From Candidatus Peregrinibacteria bacterium (GTDB lineage: Bacteria; Patescibacteriota; Gracilibacteria; Peribacterales; Peribacteraceae): 52,004 bases of DNA. The position numbers and the translations under genes are program-made. The stretch lies in contig JBAWYM010000003.1 of the NCBI GenBank assembly GCA_037143575.1, positions 1 through 52,004 on the forward strand. Direction: 5' to 3'. Below the pieces are notes generated by a model. It saw only the letters and a list, made by a program, of their open reading frames with translations, ran no database searches and was not told the origin of the DNA. Shown one piece after another: positions 41,579 through 52,000 of the stretch (the stretch's first letter is position 1; every line of letters starts with the position of its first letter).

Positions 41579-42298
41579 CTATTTTCCACGAGGTCGAAAT
41601 CGTATCCTCAAAATGGCAACAAACCCCTCCAGGATTTCATGCAGCCCGAAATTGGATGTCCCCCGCGCCCGATCGTAAAACGTAACGGGGACTTCTCCGA
41701 TGCGCATATTGTTCCGGTACAGCTGATAAGCTGTCTCGGAAAGGACAACGTAGCCTTTCGATTGGATGTCCTCCGGACGCAAGGATTCCAGCGCCCGCCT
41801 GCTGTAGCAACGAAATCCATTGCTGTAATCGGTGAGCGGGATACCGAGAACGAGACGCGCGTAGGTATTCGCGAGCACGCTGATGATCCTTCTCCCCAAG
41901 CCCCTCTGGTGCATGACCGAACCGGCGAGATGGCGGGAACCCGTCACGAAATCACATGTGCGTATCGTATCGAGAAATAATCGAATATCTTCGGGCTGAT
42001 GTGAGAAATCGGCATCCATTTCGATCACCTGTTGATAGCCATGCTGTAATGCGAAGGAAAACCCTTCCAGTACAGCTGATCCTCTGCCGTTCTTCCCCTC
42101 CCTGCCGATGAGTATCAATCTCTCTCCATATTCCTTCTGACGGTCTCTCACGAGATCCTGAGTACCATCCGGCGAATGATCATCGACGACCAGTACATCA
42201 ATAGTCGGATACAGGGCAAAAAGTCGCTTCAGGAGCTCATCGATATTCTCTTTTTCATTGTAGGTGGGGATGATGATGAGCGTCGGAGCGTTTGGCAT
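41579..42298 (-). CDS. Polyprenol-phosphate mannose synthase-like GT2
   Basis: IPTYNEKENI, VDDHSPDGT, EMDADFSHQP, GSR, DYSNGFRCY, FYDRARGTS. Confidence 0.92.
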   Translation of the reverse strand: MPNAPTLIIIPTYNEKENIDELLKRLFALYPTIDVLVVDDHSPDGTQDLVRDRQKEYGERLILIGREGKNGRGSAVLEGFSFALQHGYQQVIEMDADFSHQPEDIRLFLDTIRTCDFVTGSRHLAGSVMHQRGLGRRIISVLANTYARLVLGIPLTDYSNGFRCYSRRALESLRPEDIQSKGYVVLSETAYQLYRNNMRIGEVPVTFYDRARGTSNFGLHEILEGFVAILRIRFRPRGK

Positions 42299-42356
42299 AC
42301 CCCTCAGAGTAGAGAATAGAGTATGAATTGCAAAGGAAACATGTTCAGCCTCATGT

Positions 42357-43229
42357 TCAGCCTCTCACCATCATCTGAGCGAGATCGGGGAAAGTTACTG
42401 TAGGTAACCAGCCGAGTGTGCGCATTGTTTCAGGGTTGGAAACCAGACACCGATACTCGGGCTGGAACCCTTCCAAGAGTGCCACATGCGGCCTCCAGTC
42501 TCTCCCGATGATCTGGAAGCACTCATTGAGCCAGTCTTCAATCGAATACGCAATGCCCGATCCTATTGCTGCTTCGAATACCTGCTCTTGGTTCATGAGC
42601 GCGAACATTCCCCGTACCGCGTCACCGGCAAATACCCACTCCTTGCGTACCGCAATATCCCCGAGCTGAATCTTCTCGGTGCTTCCAGCGGCAATGCGCT
42701 GCGCTGCCTGCGCAATCAATTGACTGACGTGCCGCTTGGGACGATGTGTACTCTCATGGTGAAAGAGGTATCCCACGTACACTCTCATCCCTCTCGAACG
42801 GTAGTAACGGGCAGTATACACCGATTGAATGCGCGCGAGAGCATACGCACTACTCGCCTCGAATGGGTCGCTTTCGGAAATCGGCTTTCCCACATTCTTG
42901 AACTGAACGCCGCTACCCGTGATGAAAATCTTGGCAAGTGGGCAGAAAACCGCACTCGCCTCAAGAATATTCACCGTACCATTGGCGATCGTAGCGAGAT
43001 TCTCCTGGAGCGCCTCCGGTCCGGTCGTCGAATTGCCAGCTAAATGAAAAATATACTCCGGTTTCTGCTGCTGCATGAGGTCCCTCACTTGCGAGGAGGA
43101 AGAAACATCTGCATGAATCCAATCCCCAGATCGTGAAACTCCAACAGGTTCAATCCCAAATTCTCTGCACAACCGCGCAAGATAATATCCGTCCTGGCCG
43201 TTGGCACCGAAAATGAGGGCGGTAGTCAT
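42357..43229 (-). CDS. GDP-mannose dehydratase-like SDR (divergent Gmd paralog)
   Basis: GANGQDGYYL, GYLFHHES, LGDIAVRKEW; the catalytic region reads YALAR rather than YxxxK. Confidence 0.8.
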   Translation of the reverse strand: MTTALIFGANGQDGYYLARLCREFGIEPVGVSRSGDWIHADVSSSSQVRDLMQQQKPEYIFHLAGNSTTGPEALQENLATIANGTVNILEASAVFCPLAKIFITGSGVQFKNVGKPISESDPFEASSAYALARIQSVYTARYYRSRGMRVYVGYLFHHESTHRPKRHVSQLIAQAAQRIAAGSTEKIQLGDIAVRKEWVFAGDAVRGMFALMNQEQVFEAAIGSGIAYSIEDWLNECFQIIGRDWRPHVALLEGFQPEYRCLVSNPETMRTLGWLPTVTFPDLAQMMVRG

Positions 43230-43239
43230 AAGTACTGTG

Positions 43240-44496
43240 TTACCCCTTCACAATCTCTATTTCCGGCAGTGGGAAGATATATCCGATTCCCTTCGCGAGT
43301 TGCTCGCGTTCCCGCTGCACAAATTCCTCGCGGAAATGCCAGGGGAGCACGAGATAGAAATCGGGGTTCATCCGTCTGGATTCCTCTTCGCTCACGATAG
43401 GGATGTCCGTCCCAAGCGTCTTCGCACCGTACTTGTCGGGGTTTCTCTCAGCGGCGACATCGATGATGCTGTGATCGATACCGCACCACTGGAGAATGGT
43501 GTTTCCCTTGGTCGAAGCACCGTAGATGTGAATACTCTTCCCCTCTTTCTTCATCTTCTTCAACAGCGCATTCAATTCCTTTCGATGCTTTTCGATCCTC
43601 TCTTGGAAATGAACGTAAGGCTTGTCGGTATCCAGCTCGAGATCAAACTCCTGACGCCTGAGCGCGTTCACATTTTCGGTGAAAACGGGTTTCATATACT
43701 GAAAGCAGTCCGTGTGCGTTGCGAAGCAGCGGATGCTTCCGCCATTAATGGTATTCAGCTCCACGTTCACGATCTTCAATCCGGCTAATTTCAGCATGTA
43801 TTCGATCACCGCAAGGCTGTAATACTCCAGATGTTCATGACAGATAGTATCGTACGAGTTCAACTCCAGCATGGACGGCATATAGGACATTTCGAAGATC
43901 CAGAGCCCATCCTGAGAGAGGGTCTTCTTGACGGCCCGCATGAAGCTGACGGGATCCTCCAAGTCATAGAACATGGCGATCGACGTGATGAGATCGGCGG
44001 TCTTCCCTTGCATTTTTTTCGCGAGCTCCTCGGAAGGGAATATATCCTGCACCACGTGAAGGTTGCCGGTGATTCCTCGCACGATATCAGATGGATCGAC
44101 CCCAAATCGCTCGAAGGAATCCGGGTAGAAATTCAGGAGGGTCCCGTCATTGCATCCGATATCGAGGACACAAGCTTTCTGCTTCCCGAAGAGCTGCAAT
44201 GCCTGATTGGCAATGCCCTGAAGGTGGTTACGCATGGTTTCATTCGTACCGGAACGGTACCAGTACACCGAGTAAAGAATGCTCGGAGGCACCGTGTATT
44301 CCATCTGCAGAAGTCCACACGCGTGTTCATCCTTCATCGGATCGCAACGAACGAGAGATGTGGGGATTTGCCGCATCGGTGGAGTGTTCTCTCCTTTTAC
44401 AAATGACCCCTGCAGGTACTGCTTTCCAAGATCAATGACATGCGTGAGACTCGATGAGCCGCACACGCGACAGGTGGTTCTTCGAATCAAGTGCAT
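43240..44496 (-). CDS. NDP-sugar C-methyltransferase family
   Basis: CRVC, LDIGCNDGT, YDTICHEHLEYY, GGSIR, YGASTKGNT, VLPWHF. Confidence 0.88.
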   Translation of the reverse strand: MHLIRRTTCRVCGSSSLTHVIDLGKQYLQGSFVKGENTPPMRQIPTSLVRCDPMKDEHACGLLQMEYTVPPSILYSVYWYRSGTNETMRNHLQGIANQALQLFGKQKACVLDIGCNDGTLLNFYPDSFERFGVDPSDIVRGITGNLHVVQDIFPSEELAKKMQGKTADLITSIAMFYDLEDPVSFMRAVKKTLSQDGLWIFEMSYMPSMLELNSYDTICHEHLEYYSLAVIEYMLKLAGLKIVNVELNTINGGSIRCFATHTDCFQYMKPVFTENVNALRRQEFDLELDTDKPYVHFQERIEKHRKELNALLKKMKKEGKSIHIYGASTKGNTILQWCGIDHSIIDVAAERNPDKYGAKTLGTDIPIVSEEESRRMNPDFYLVLPWHFREEFVQREREQLAKGIGYIFPLPEIEIVKG

Positions 44497-44687
44497 ACAC
44501 GTAAAAGTATACCCCTCGAGACGAAGCAATGACTAGACATCTCGCTCAAAACCGATCACACCTACGGCAAACTGAAAATTAAAAGATAGTATTACCGGCT
44601 AAATATTTTCTCCGTCCAAAGCGAAAACATCCGATGATCCTCCGATCTATCGGTGTTGATCCACGTACGAAGCCATATCGACAATTT

Positions 44688-46679
44688 CTACTGAGGAAAG
44701 GAAATCTCTCCGCCATTATCATAACCTACAGCACTGTTCTCATACACGATCGGATACTCCTCCCCTCCCCGATAGACCGGTCTCCAGAGCGTGGAATCGC
44801 ATTCCTGCTTGAACCATGTGGATTGCCGCTCGGTGGGAACGACGAGATAGCGGACTCCGAGAGCTTCGAGAGAATCTGAGGAGCAGTGTTCGTTGGCGGA
44901 GCGAAGAAAGGCTTCCTTCTCCGGAGCAGGATCACTGATGCTACCGAAGCCAAGCGCAAACCGACCGGTGGAAAACATCAGGGAAAGTCGATCATGCTCC
45001 ATTTTTTTGTTCTCATCCTGCCAGGTACTGACAAAAAAATAGTCCTCGAGCGTTGTATGATTGCGTATCCAGAAATACATGTTCTCCTGTGCTAGAGCCA
45101 CCTTTGGCATGGAAGGAAAGAATTCGGTGTACTCCAGACGCAAGGTTGGAAAAACAAGGCGCACAGTGGCATTGAGTGTCCCTGCAATGAGGAGCAGCGT
45201 GACGATGATGACGCCGAATTTGCGCAAGCGTTGAATCGCGAAAAATGTGTCCCAGAGAAAAAGCGCTATAAGAAGCGAACTGAGGGAGAAGAAAATGTAG
45301 AAGAAGCGCAGGAGCTGCCCCTCCATCCATGGGTAGGAAAAGACAAGGGGAATCAGGAAATGGACAATGGCGATCATGCCGAGCAAAAGCGGAAAAATTG
45401 AAATATTTTTTTTGCGCCAGAAGAAGCAGATTGCGAGGAGAAAGAGAAGAATATGCGGACCGTAATCACGGAAAAATAACAGGCTCCCGAGTGCAATGGA
45501 AGCAGTATTAGAAGTATTGATCGCACCAGTCAGATTCCAAGCGAAGGCTCCGGAACCCGTGGCTCCCTGGAGTTGGGTCAACGGTCCTCCCTGGGTAATG
45601 GCAATGAACAAGACGGGCAATCCGAAAGCGGCACAGATGAGAAGGAATCCCATTGTATCGCGTCGGCGCAGCAGAAAAACGATTGCCGTGAAGGACAGGA
45701 GGCAGGCGAGAAGAACAACCAAAGATGTTTCCATGGTGATCGCCAATGCTGCCCCGAGCACAATAGCCGATGCAATCCAGAGAAAAACCGACTTCTCCCT
45801 GGGAGAATCAAGTACGTGCTGCAGACTATAGAGGAGTCCAAAGAAGTACGCTCCCCCGACGGAAATGTTGCGCTGCCCCAATTCCATAAGCAGAGGTTGG
45901 GCATGCATGTTCCGGAGCATGGGAGTCAACCATTGAAAGGGCGAAGGGCTGATGGAATACACGATCGCAATTCCGCGGATGTAGTAATCGAAGAGATCGC
46001 GCACCAAGAAAAAACCGTTCAGCCAGAAGAGACCTGCGGCAGCGAGAGACATCACGGCAGCGAGAACAGCGGCCCCCCATGAGCGTCTGAGTCGCCATGC
46101 CAAAGCTCCGGCGAAAAAGAGAATACCTGCCGTCGCGATAGGGGGAAGAAAAGACTGAGACTGTGCCAGAGTTAAGCCGGTCATAAACGTACTGTTCGCC
46201 ACCAGCAACGCAGATCCATAGTGATAACCCGTACGCTCCCATGGAATATCAGGTTCTCGAACTGGAAAATCCCCTGCAACGATGAGCGCCGGAAGAGCAA
46301 AGTGTGGAGGAGTCCATTCGTCACTCCCCCGGTCACGTGCATAGGCGAGAGCAACCAATAAAAATACTCCAATAATGAGCAAGAGGGCCTTCCTCGGAGG
46401 TATTTCCAGTGTGGTAGATAACCGCCGAAAACTTCCCCATCCCCTCAGGAGAATAATCGCACAGAGGAGAAGTACGAGGAGATACGTAACAACAAAACTC
46501 CTGGTAATCGGCAGCACATAGCCAAGAGCATTGCTGACAACCATAACGAAAGCCGGTCCCGCCAAAAATGAAAATCCTATGATGCCGAAGAGATCGCGCA
46601 CTTTCAGTATACTGATCGCAAGCAGAAACCCGAAGAGCGCAAGTGTGCCGAAGTAAAGGATCGCGAATACCGCTGTCAT
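44688..46679 (-). CDS. Large polytopic membrane protein, possible GT-C glycosyltransferase
   Basis: Many TM segments, DEW...H and YHYG motifs in the first loop, soluble C-terminal domain. Confidence 0.65.
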   Translation of the reverse strand: MTAVFAILYFGTLALFGFLLAISILKVRDLFGIIGFSFLAGPAFVMVVSNALGYVLPITRSFVVTYLLVLLLCAIILLRGWGSFRRLSTTLEIPPRKALLLIIGVFLLVALAYARDRGSDEWTPPHFALPALIVAGDFPVREPDIPWERTGYHYGSALLVANSTFMTGLTLAQSQSFLPPIATAGILFFAGALAWRLRRSWGAAVLAAVMSLAAAGLFWLNGFFLVRDLFDYYIRGIAIVYSISPSPFQWLTPMLRNMHAQPLLMELGQRNISVGGAYFFGLLYSLQHVLDSPREKSVFLWIASAIVLGAALAITMETSLVVLLACLLSFTAIVFLLRRRDTMGFLLICAAFGLPVLFIAITQGGPLTQLQGATGSGAFAWNLTGAINTSNTASIALGSLLFFRDYGPHILLFLLAICFFWRKKNISIFPLLLGMIAIVHFLIPLVFSYPWMEGQLLRFFYIFFSLSSLLIALFLWDTFFAIQRLRKFGVIIVTLLLIAGTLNATVRLVFPTLRLEYTEFFPSMPKVALAQENMYFWIRNHTTLEDYFFVSTWQDENKKMEHDRLSLMFSTGRFALGFGSISDPAPEKEAFLRSANEHCSSDSLEALGVRYLVVPTERQSTWFKQECDSTLWRPVYRGGEEYPIVYENSAVGYDNGGEISFPQ

Positions 46680-46795
46680 AAGACCACAGGAGAATATCAC
46701 CTTACCGACAAGGGAGAAATGTTTCTATCGTGAGAGAAGCGTGAAGAAAAAAGGAAGACCAATGATCCTGACGGGAAGATCCGTTCTGCCATTTT

Positions 46796-48064
46796 TCACA
46801 GAGCGCTATACCCAAGCCCCTTCTCTCTGATCTCCCGCCCCGGCAGAATCGATTTCAAATCGAACACCATGCCTCCCGGCACCAGCGCCTTGGCAAATGT
46901 CTCAACGGTATTCGAAAGATATTCCCGATGCGGCACGAGGAGTACGATGGCATCGTACGGACCAGAATTCAGAGACCCGACCTTCATTGATTTTTTCTCG
47001 ATGCGATCCACAGAGACGAAAGGATCATGGACCTCAACCGCACATCCAAGCCGAGAAAGATGAGACACCACATCGTCGCTCTTACTATTGCGGGTATCCG
47101 GAATATTCTCCTTGAACGTGAGACCGAGGACGAGAACCCGCGGAGATTTCTTTCCACGAAGAGCACCGACAACCCTGTCGGCGACATGCGCACTCATCGA
47201 GTCGTTGACGGATCGCCCTGCGGTGATCACATGCGTCTCCATCCCCAGCTGCTTCGCCTTCTCCACGAGATAGTACGGATCCACACCGATGCAGTGGCCG
47301 CCGACAAGGCCAGGGACGAATGGGAGGAAATTCCACTTGGTCCTGGCCGCCTCCAGCACATCCTTCGTCTCGATCCCAATACGATGGGAGAGGAGCGCGA
47401 TTTCGTTCACAAAGGCGATATTGAGATCCCGCTGCGCATTCTCGATCGCCTTGGCCATCTCCGCTACTTTGATCGACGGGGCACGGTGAATGCCTGCTGT
47501 GATCACCGAACCATAGAGCTCGGCAACGATCTCCAGTGTTTGAGCGTCTTGCCCCGAAACGATCTTCTTGATCTTCGTGATCGTATGTTCGCGATCCCCC
47601 GGATTCACCCGCTCAGGAGAATAGCCCAGCGTGAAATCCACTCCGCTCTTCAGCCCGGATTCCTTTTCTAAAATCGGCCCGCAAATTTCCTCCGTCGTCC
47701 CCGGCCACACCGTCGATTCGTAAATGACAATGGCTCCCTTCTTCAGATACTTCCCAACAGTCCGGCTTGCGCTCTCCACGGGACCGAGATCCGGCTTGTT
47801 CGCATCATCCACCGGAGTCGGGATTGCAAGAATGATAATATCTGCATCGGCAATAACGGCTGGATCGTCGCTGAGACGGAGGGTGACCGCTCCCAATTGC
47901 TCCGGCGTCAATTCTTGCGTCCAGTCCTCGCCATTCTGCAAAGTAGCAATGCGCTCGGCGGAAATGTCATAGCCAATGACGGTGTATCCCTGCTGCGCAA
48001 AGGCATGGGCGAGCGGAAGCCCGACATAGCCGAGTCCAACGATGCAGAGGGTGGGGCGGTTCAT
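46796..48064 (-). CDS. Nucleotide-sugar dehydrogenase (WbpO/TviB-like)
   Basis: GLGYVGLPLA, YESTVWPG, SPERVNPGD, ENAQRDLNIAF, GLVGGHCIGVDPYYL, GLTFKEN. Confidence 0.95.
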   Translation of the reverse strand: MNRPTLCIVGLGYVGLPLAHAFAQQGYTVIGYDISAERIATLQNGEDWTQELTPEQLGAVTLRLSDDPAVIADADIIILAIPTPVDDANKPDLGPVESASRTVGKYLKKGAIVIYESTVWPGTTEEICGPILEKESGLKSGVDFTLGYSPERVNPGDREHTITKIKKIVSGQDAQTLEIVAELYGSVITAGIHRAPSIKVAEMAKAIENAQRDLNIAFVNEIALLSHRIGIETKDVLEAARTKWNFLPFVPGLVGGHCIGVDPYYLVEKAKQLGMETHVITAGRSVNDSMSAHVADRVVGALRGKKSPRVLVLGLTFKENIPDTRNSKSDDVVSHLSRLGCAVEVHDPFVSVDRIEKKSMKVGSLNSGPYDAIVLLVPHREYLSNTVETFAKALVPGGMVFDLKSILPGREIREKGLGYSAL

Positions 48065-48213
48065 CGGGAGAGATAGTACACAGGGGAGGAGAGAGAAGAA
48101 ACCCAGGAAGTATGAAGGGATAAGTATCCAGTAGTAAGGGATCACTGGACAAGCCCATACCCCATAATACTTACCCCTAACGCCCATCTTCGCTACTCTG
48201 CTCCCACTCCTCT

Positions 48214-48660
48214 ATGCCACCCTTCCTCCTCCGCCTTCGCGCATTCGTCTCGGCACATCGACATGGACACTGGTTTGTCGGAAAGGCAAACGGCACCCGT
48301 GTGCAGTTCTTCCGTTACTTCTTCGTCGGAGGATCATCAGCGGTGGTGGACTTCACGGTCTACGTAATCGTCCTGAAGTTCGGCGTGCACTACCTCGTCG
48401 CCAAGCTCATCTCCTACTGCTTCGGATTCACGTGGAACTACCTGCTTTCCATCTTGTGGGTCTTTGAAAGCAGTCGCGCCTTCCGCAAAGAGATCTCCGT
48501 AGTGTTCTTCATTTCCCTTCTGGGTCTGCTCTGGACAGAGCTCCTGCTCTACTTCTTCGTCGATACCCTGAGCCTGGGGGCCATCGTCGCGAATATCATC
48601 GCCACCTTCCTCGTGCTCTTCTGGAACTTCGGAGCACGGAAGATGTGGGCGTTTAAATAA
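48214..48660 (+). CDS. GtrA-family flippase-like protein
   Basis: QFFRYFFVGG..VDF, four TM helices, WNFGARKMWAF. Confidence 0.9.
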   Translation: MPPFLLRLRAFVSAHRHGHWFVGKANGTRVQFFRYFFVGGSSAVVDFTVYVIVLKFGVHYLVAKLISYCFGFTWNYLLSILWVFESSRAFRKEISVVFFISLLGLLWTELLLYFFVDTLSLGAIVANIIATFLVLFWNFGARKMWAFK

Positions 48661-48789
48661 TAAAAGCCCAGCGCGGGATTCTTCCCGCGGGAAGTGGGGC
48701 TTTACGCTGCAGAGGACGAATTGATGATGAAGGTGAAATCCCCCCATTCCCGTTTCTTCTCTCTCTCATCTTTCTCTACACTCTCCCCG

Positions 48790-50478
48790 ATGCCCCGTAT
48801 CGCCATCATCGCCGGCGCAGGACCTGCAGGGCTCACGGCAGCCTACGAGCTCCTCAAGCGGACTGATATTCATCCGATCGTCTGCGAGGAAACAGAAACA
48901 ATCGGCGGGATTTCGCAGACATACGTCTACAAGGGCAATCGTATCGATATCGGCGGACACCGGTTCTTCAGCAAGAGTGATCGGGTGATGAAGTGGTGGT
49001 TCAATATCCTCCCGCCTCAGGGCAAACCTTCTGCGGATACCATCGAGAAACATCATGAAATCGAGTATGTCGCAGAGTCTATTCTCGAATACTTGTGCCC
49101 GGAATGCATCTCAACGCCCAGCGCCCAAAGCACTATCCCCACCTCAGTTCTCCGCACATCCCCTGACCCCGAAACCGAGAACGATGTCCTCCTGCAACGA
49201 CCGAGGCTCAGCCGCATCTACCATCGGCACCACTTCTTCCCCTACCCCATCTCCATCACGCTCTCTGTGGCCTTCCGCTTGGGGTTCTTCAATACCTTCA
49301 TGATCACCCTGAGCTACATGAAGGCGCAGCTCTTCCCGCTCAAGGACGAAACGTACCTCGACGCCTTCTTCCGCAATCGCTTCGGCCGCCGCCTGTACGA
49401 AACGTTCTTCCGGGACTACACCGAGAAGGTCTGGGGGATTCCCTGCTCACAGATCCGTGCCGACTGGGGAGCGCAGAGAATTAAAGGCCTTTCCCTGCGC
49501 CGCGCCGTCCTCCACGCCCTTCAGGATCTCCTCAGCAGTGAATTCAAAAAGAAGCAGCAGGAACGCGAGACATCGCTCATCAGTCGCTTCTACTATCCCA
49601 AATTCGGCCCGGGACAGATGTGGGAAACCGTCGCAGCCCAGATACAAACCTGTGGAGGAGAGGTGAAAATGCACTGTCGGGTTTGCGGAGTACACACACA
49701 CCATGGAGTGGTCACGAGCGTGACCGTGGAAGACGTACAGACAGGGCATCGGGAAGAAATCGCCTGCGACTACTTCTTCTCCACCATGCCCGTGAAGCAC
49801 CTCATCGGCATGATGTCACCGCATCCTCCCCATCACGTCGTAGAAGTCGCTGAAGGATTACCCTACCGCGACTTCCTGACGATTGGATTGCTCTTAAAGA
49901 AGCTCTGCGTCCGGGAAGGGCGATCCGTCAGCACCGCAGTCCCGGACAACTGGATCTACATTCAGGAAGCAGGGGTGCGAGTCGGGCGCGTGCAGATCTT
50001 CAACAACTGGAGCCCATATATGGTGGCAGATCGCAAGAGCACCGTGTGGATCGGGCTCGAGTACTTCGTGAACGAAGGTGGTGATCTGTGGGTGATGGAT
50101 GATCAGAAACTCATCGATCTCGGGATCGGAGAAATGGAGAACATCCACTTCCTCAAGAAAGAGGATATTTTGGACGCCTGCGTTTTGCGCATGCCCAAGG
50201 CCTATCCAGCGTACTTCGGCAGCTATCCGCAGCTCTCCGTCGTCCAGCAATTCGTCGAGCAGTACCCCAATCTCTTCCTGATCGGCCGCAACGGCATGCA
50301 CCGCTACAACAACCAAGACCATTCCATGCTCACGGCAATGATCGCGGTGGATAACATCGTCGCGGGGAGGACGGACTCATCGAACCTGTGGGAGGTGAAT
50401 ATCGATGATGATTATCATGAATCTCAGAACGGGTCTTCGACCCGCGGACTGAAACCCGGAACTATTCGCCTGTCCTGA
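48790..50478 (+). CDS. NAD(P)/FAD-dependent oxidoreductase (UDP-galactopyranose mutase/HemY-like superfamily)
   Basis: [51 protein letters not shown]. Confidence 0.9.
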   Translation: MPRIAIIAGAGPAGLTAAYELLKRTDIHPIVCEETETIGGISQTYVYKGNRIDIGGHRFFSKSDRVMKWWFNILPPQGKPSADTIEKHHEIEYVAESILEYLCPECISTPSAQSTIPTSVLRTSPDPETENDVLLQRPRLSRIYHRHHFFPYPISITLSVAFRLGFFNTFMITLSYMKAQLFPLKDETYLDAFFRNRFGRRLYETFFRDYTEKVWGIPCSQIRADWGAQRIKGLSLRRAVLHALQDLLSSEFKKKQQERETSLISRFYYPKFGPGQMWETVAAQIQTCGGEVKMHCRVCGVHTHHGVVTSVTVEDVQTGHREEIACDYFFSTMPVKHLIGMMSPHPPHHVVEVAEGLPYRDFLTIGLLLKKLCVREGRSVSTAVPDNWIYIQEAGVRVGRVQIFNNWSPYMVADRKSTVWIGLEYFVNEGGDLWVMDDQKLIDLGIGEMENIHFLKKEDILDACVLRMPKAYPAYFGSYPQLSVVQQFVEQYPNLFLIGRNGMHRYNNQDHSMLTAMIAVDNIVAGRTDSSNLWEVNIDDDYHESQNGSSTRGLKPGTIRLS

Positions 50479-50638
50479 GTCGTGTCGAAGGATCGACCTG
50501 CGGACTAAAACTGAAGCCTGAATCCCGGAATTTGCCTGTCCACAACCAGACCGAAGGACGATCTTCATGATATGCTCGATTTCCCCACATTCGTGAAAGG
50601 GCTCGCCATTGTAGTCCGCGGGTCGAAGACCCGCTCTG
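50425..50638. mobile_element. REP-doublet/MITE-like element, copy 2
   Basis: cagaacgggtcttcgacccgcggact ... GTAGtccgcgggtcgaagacccgctctg; supplies the oxidoreductase C-terminus. Confidence 0.7.
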
Positions 50639-50639
50639 C

Positions 50640-51098
50640 TCAGCGCATGAGAGTAATTTCCTCCCCATTCTCTGCCCCAGAAGCCGCGATGATCACGATG
50701 GAGCCATCGAGAGCGACGGTGTAGCGCGTATCATTGCCCAATGCCCCAGAGGGATCGGAGGGAATGGCGGACAGCCCCGAAGACATCAGCACATCGAGAT
50801 CACACCCATTACTCACACCGGTACAATGCGATCCCCCCACGCAGATCGGATGGACGATTGCCTCTCCAGCAGCGAGACACGCCGGCCGAACTCCGTCATG
50901 GTCATTGGTAGATGTGGTAATCGCACGGAGGATGGTATTCACATCCGCAATGCGCTGCATATTGCGGAGTTCTGCCGTATCCGTGCTCTGCAGTGGCCAG
51001 AAAATGAACAAGAGCATCACCACTGCCATGAGGAGAAGTGCAGCAGGAACGACCCACCGGGGCAGCGATTCCAAACGTATTTGAAGATAGTCCGCCAT
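50640..51098 (-). CDS. Pilin-like protein lacking the prepilin cleavage motif
   Basis: LRNMQRIADVNTILRAI, IPSDP, AENGEEITLMR align with the adjacent pilin. Confidence 0.75.
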   Translation of the reverse strand: MADYLQIRLESLPRWVVPAALLLMAVVMLLFIFWPLQSTDTAELRNMQRIADVNTILRAITTSTNDHDGVRPACLAAGEAIVHPICVGGSHCTGVSNGCDLDVLMSSGLSAIPSDPSGALGNDTRYTVALDGSIVIIAASGAENGEEITLMR

Positions 51099-51104
51099 AG
51101 AACA

Positions 51105-51171
51105 TCAGCCTAGCGCCGAAGAAGGGAGATACACAAGATGAACAAGGGAATGCAGGATGAATTGCGTAGTT
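51105..51171 (-). promoter_or_regulatory. Duplicated pilin promoter region, copy 1
   Basis: Near-identical to 51854-51920; TTGTGT...TAGGCT, 8 nt before the ATG. Confidence 0.7.
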
Positions 51172-51245
51172 CTTCTCGTAACAAAAATAAACGACCGTGC
51201 AGCAAGCTGCGGGGTATGGAGCCCAACGAAAATAATCCTGTAACG

Positions 51246-51274
51246 AAAAGACCCTCCCGGAGGAGGGTCTTTTT
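51246..51274. terminator. Intrinsic terminator downstream of the pilin
   Basis: aaaagaccctcc-cgga-ggagggtctttt perfect hairpin with A/T tails. Confidence 0.85.
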
Positions 51275-51295
51275 CCTGAGCCAAGGAACAATGGT

Positions 51296-51802
51296 TTAGC
51301 GCTCGGCGGAGATGGTCACGCCATTCTCGACAGGAGCTGCGGTCGTGATCTTGATGCGGTTGGTACTCGTGCGCTCGATCCTGTAGCCGGTCTTCGTGGC
51401 GTCACCGGCGAAGTACGGATCAACCGGAGGAGCAACGATATACGATCCAGTGAGGAACCAAGGACTCCAGTTGGTCGCAGTGCAGGTAACAGGAGTAACA
51501 TCAGCCCCGTCTTTATCCTTCGTCCTACAGATGTCAGTAGCTGTAAGGGGGATGGTGGAACCGGTACGACTAACTGCGGGGCCATTGGGGAGCTTGCTCT
51601 TGTCGATCGACCACTGATAGACGGCATTCAGGATGGTATTCACATTGGCCTTGCGCTGAGCGTTGCGCGCGTCGGCGAGCTGCTTCGTCGGGTTGATGGC
51701 GACGATGACGATGGAAGCGAGGATGGCGATGATCCCGATAACGAGGAGGAGCTCAATCAGGGTGAAGCCCTTATGAGCCCTTTTGAGGAAGAAAGTTTTC
51801 AT
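51296..51802 (-). CDS. Type IV pilin (prepilin N-terminal cleavage/methylation motif)
   Basis: KGFTLIELLLVIGIIAILASIVIVAINP..ARNAQRK. Confidence 0.93.
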   Translation of the reverse strand: MKTFFLKRAHKGFTLIELLLVIGIIAILASIVIVAINPTKQLADARNAQRKANVNTILNAVYQWSIDKSKLPNGPAVSRTGSTIPLTATDICRTKDKDGADVTPVTCTATNWSPWFLTGSYIVAPPVDPYFAGDATKTGYRIERTSTNRIKITTAAPVENGVTISAER

Positions 51803-51853
51803 AAGAAGAGGGGAGAGAAAGGAGGATATTTGAAAATATTCCACTATAGAGCT

Positions 51854-51920
51854 TCAGCCTAGCGTTGAAGTAGGGAGATACACAAGATGAACAATGGAAT
51901 GCAGGATGAATTGCGTCGTT
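51854..51920 (-). promoter_or_regulatory. Duplicated pilin promoter region, copy 2
   Basis: Near-identical to 51105-51171. Confidence 0.7.
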
Positions 51921-51954
51921 TGAATCACCGGATTTCTTACTGGAGTAACGGTTG

Positions 51955-52000
51955 AGGAGCAGATGAATGTTACCACCTAAGGAGCAAATGAACGTTACCA
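51955..52000. repeat. 21-nt direct repeat pair, period 25
   Basis: aggagcagatgaatgttacca / aggagcaaatgaacgttacca. Confidence 0.7.
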
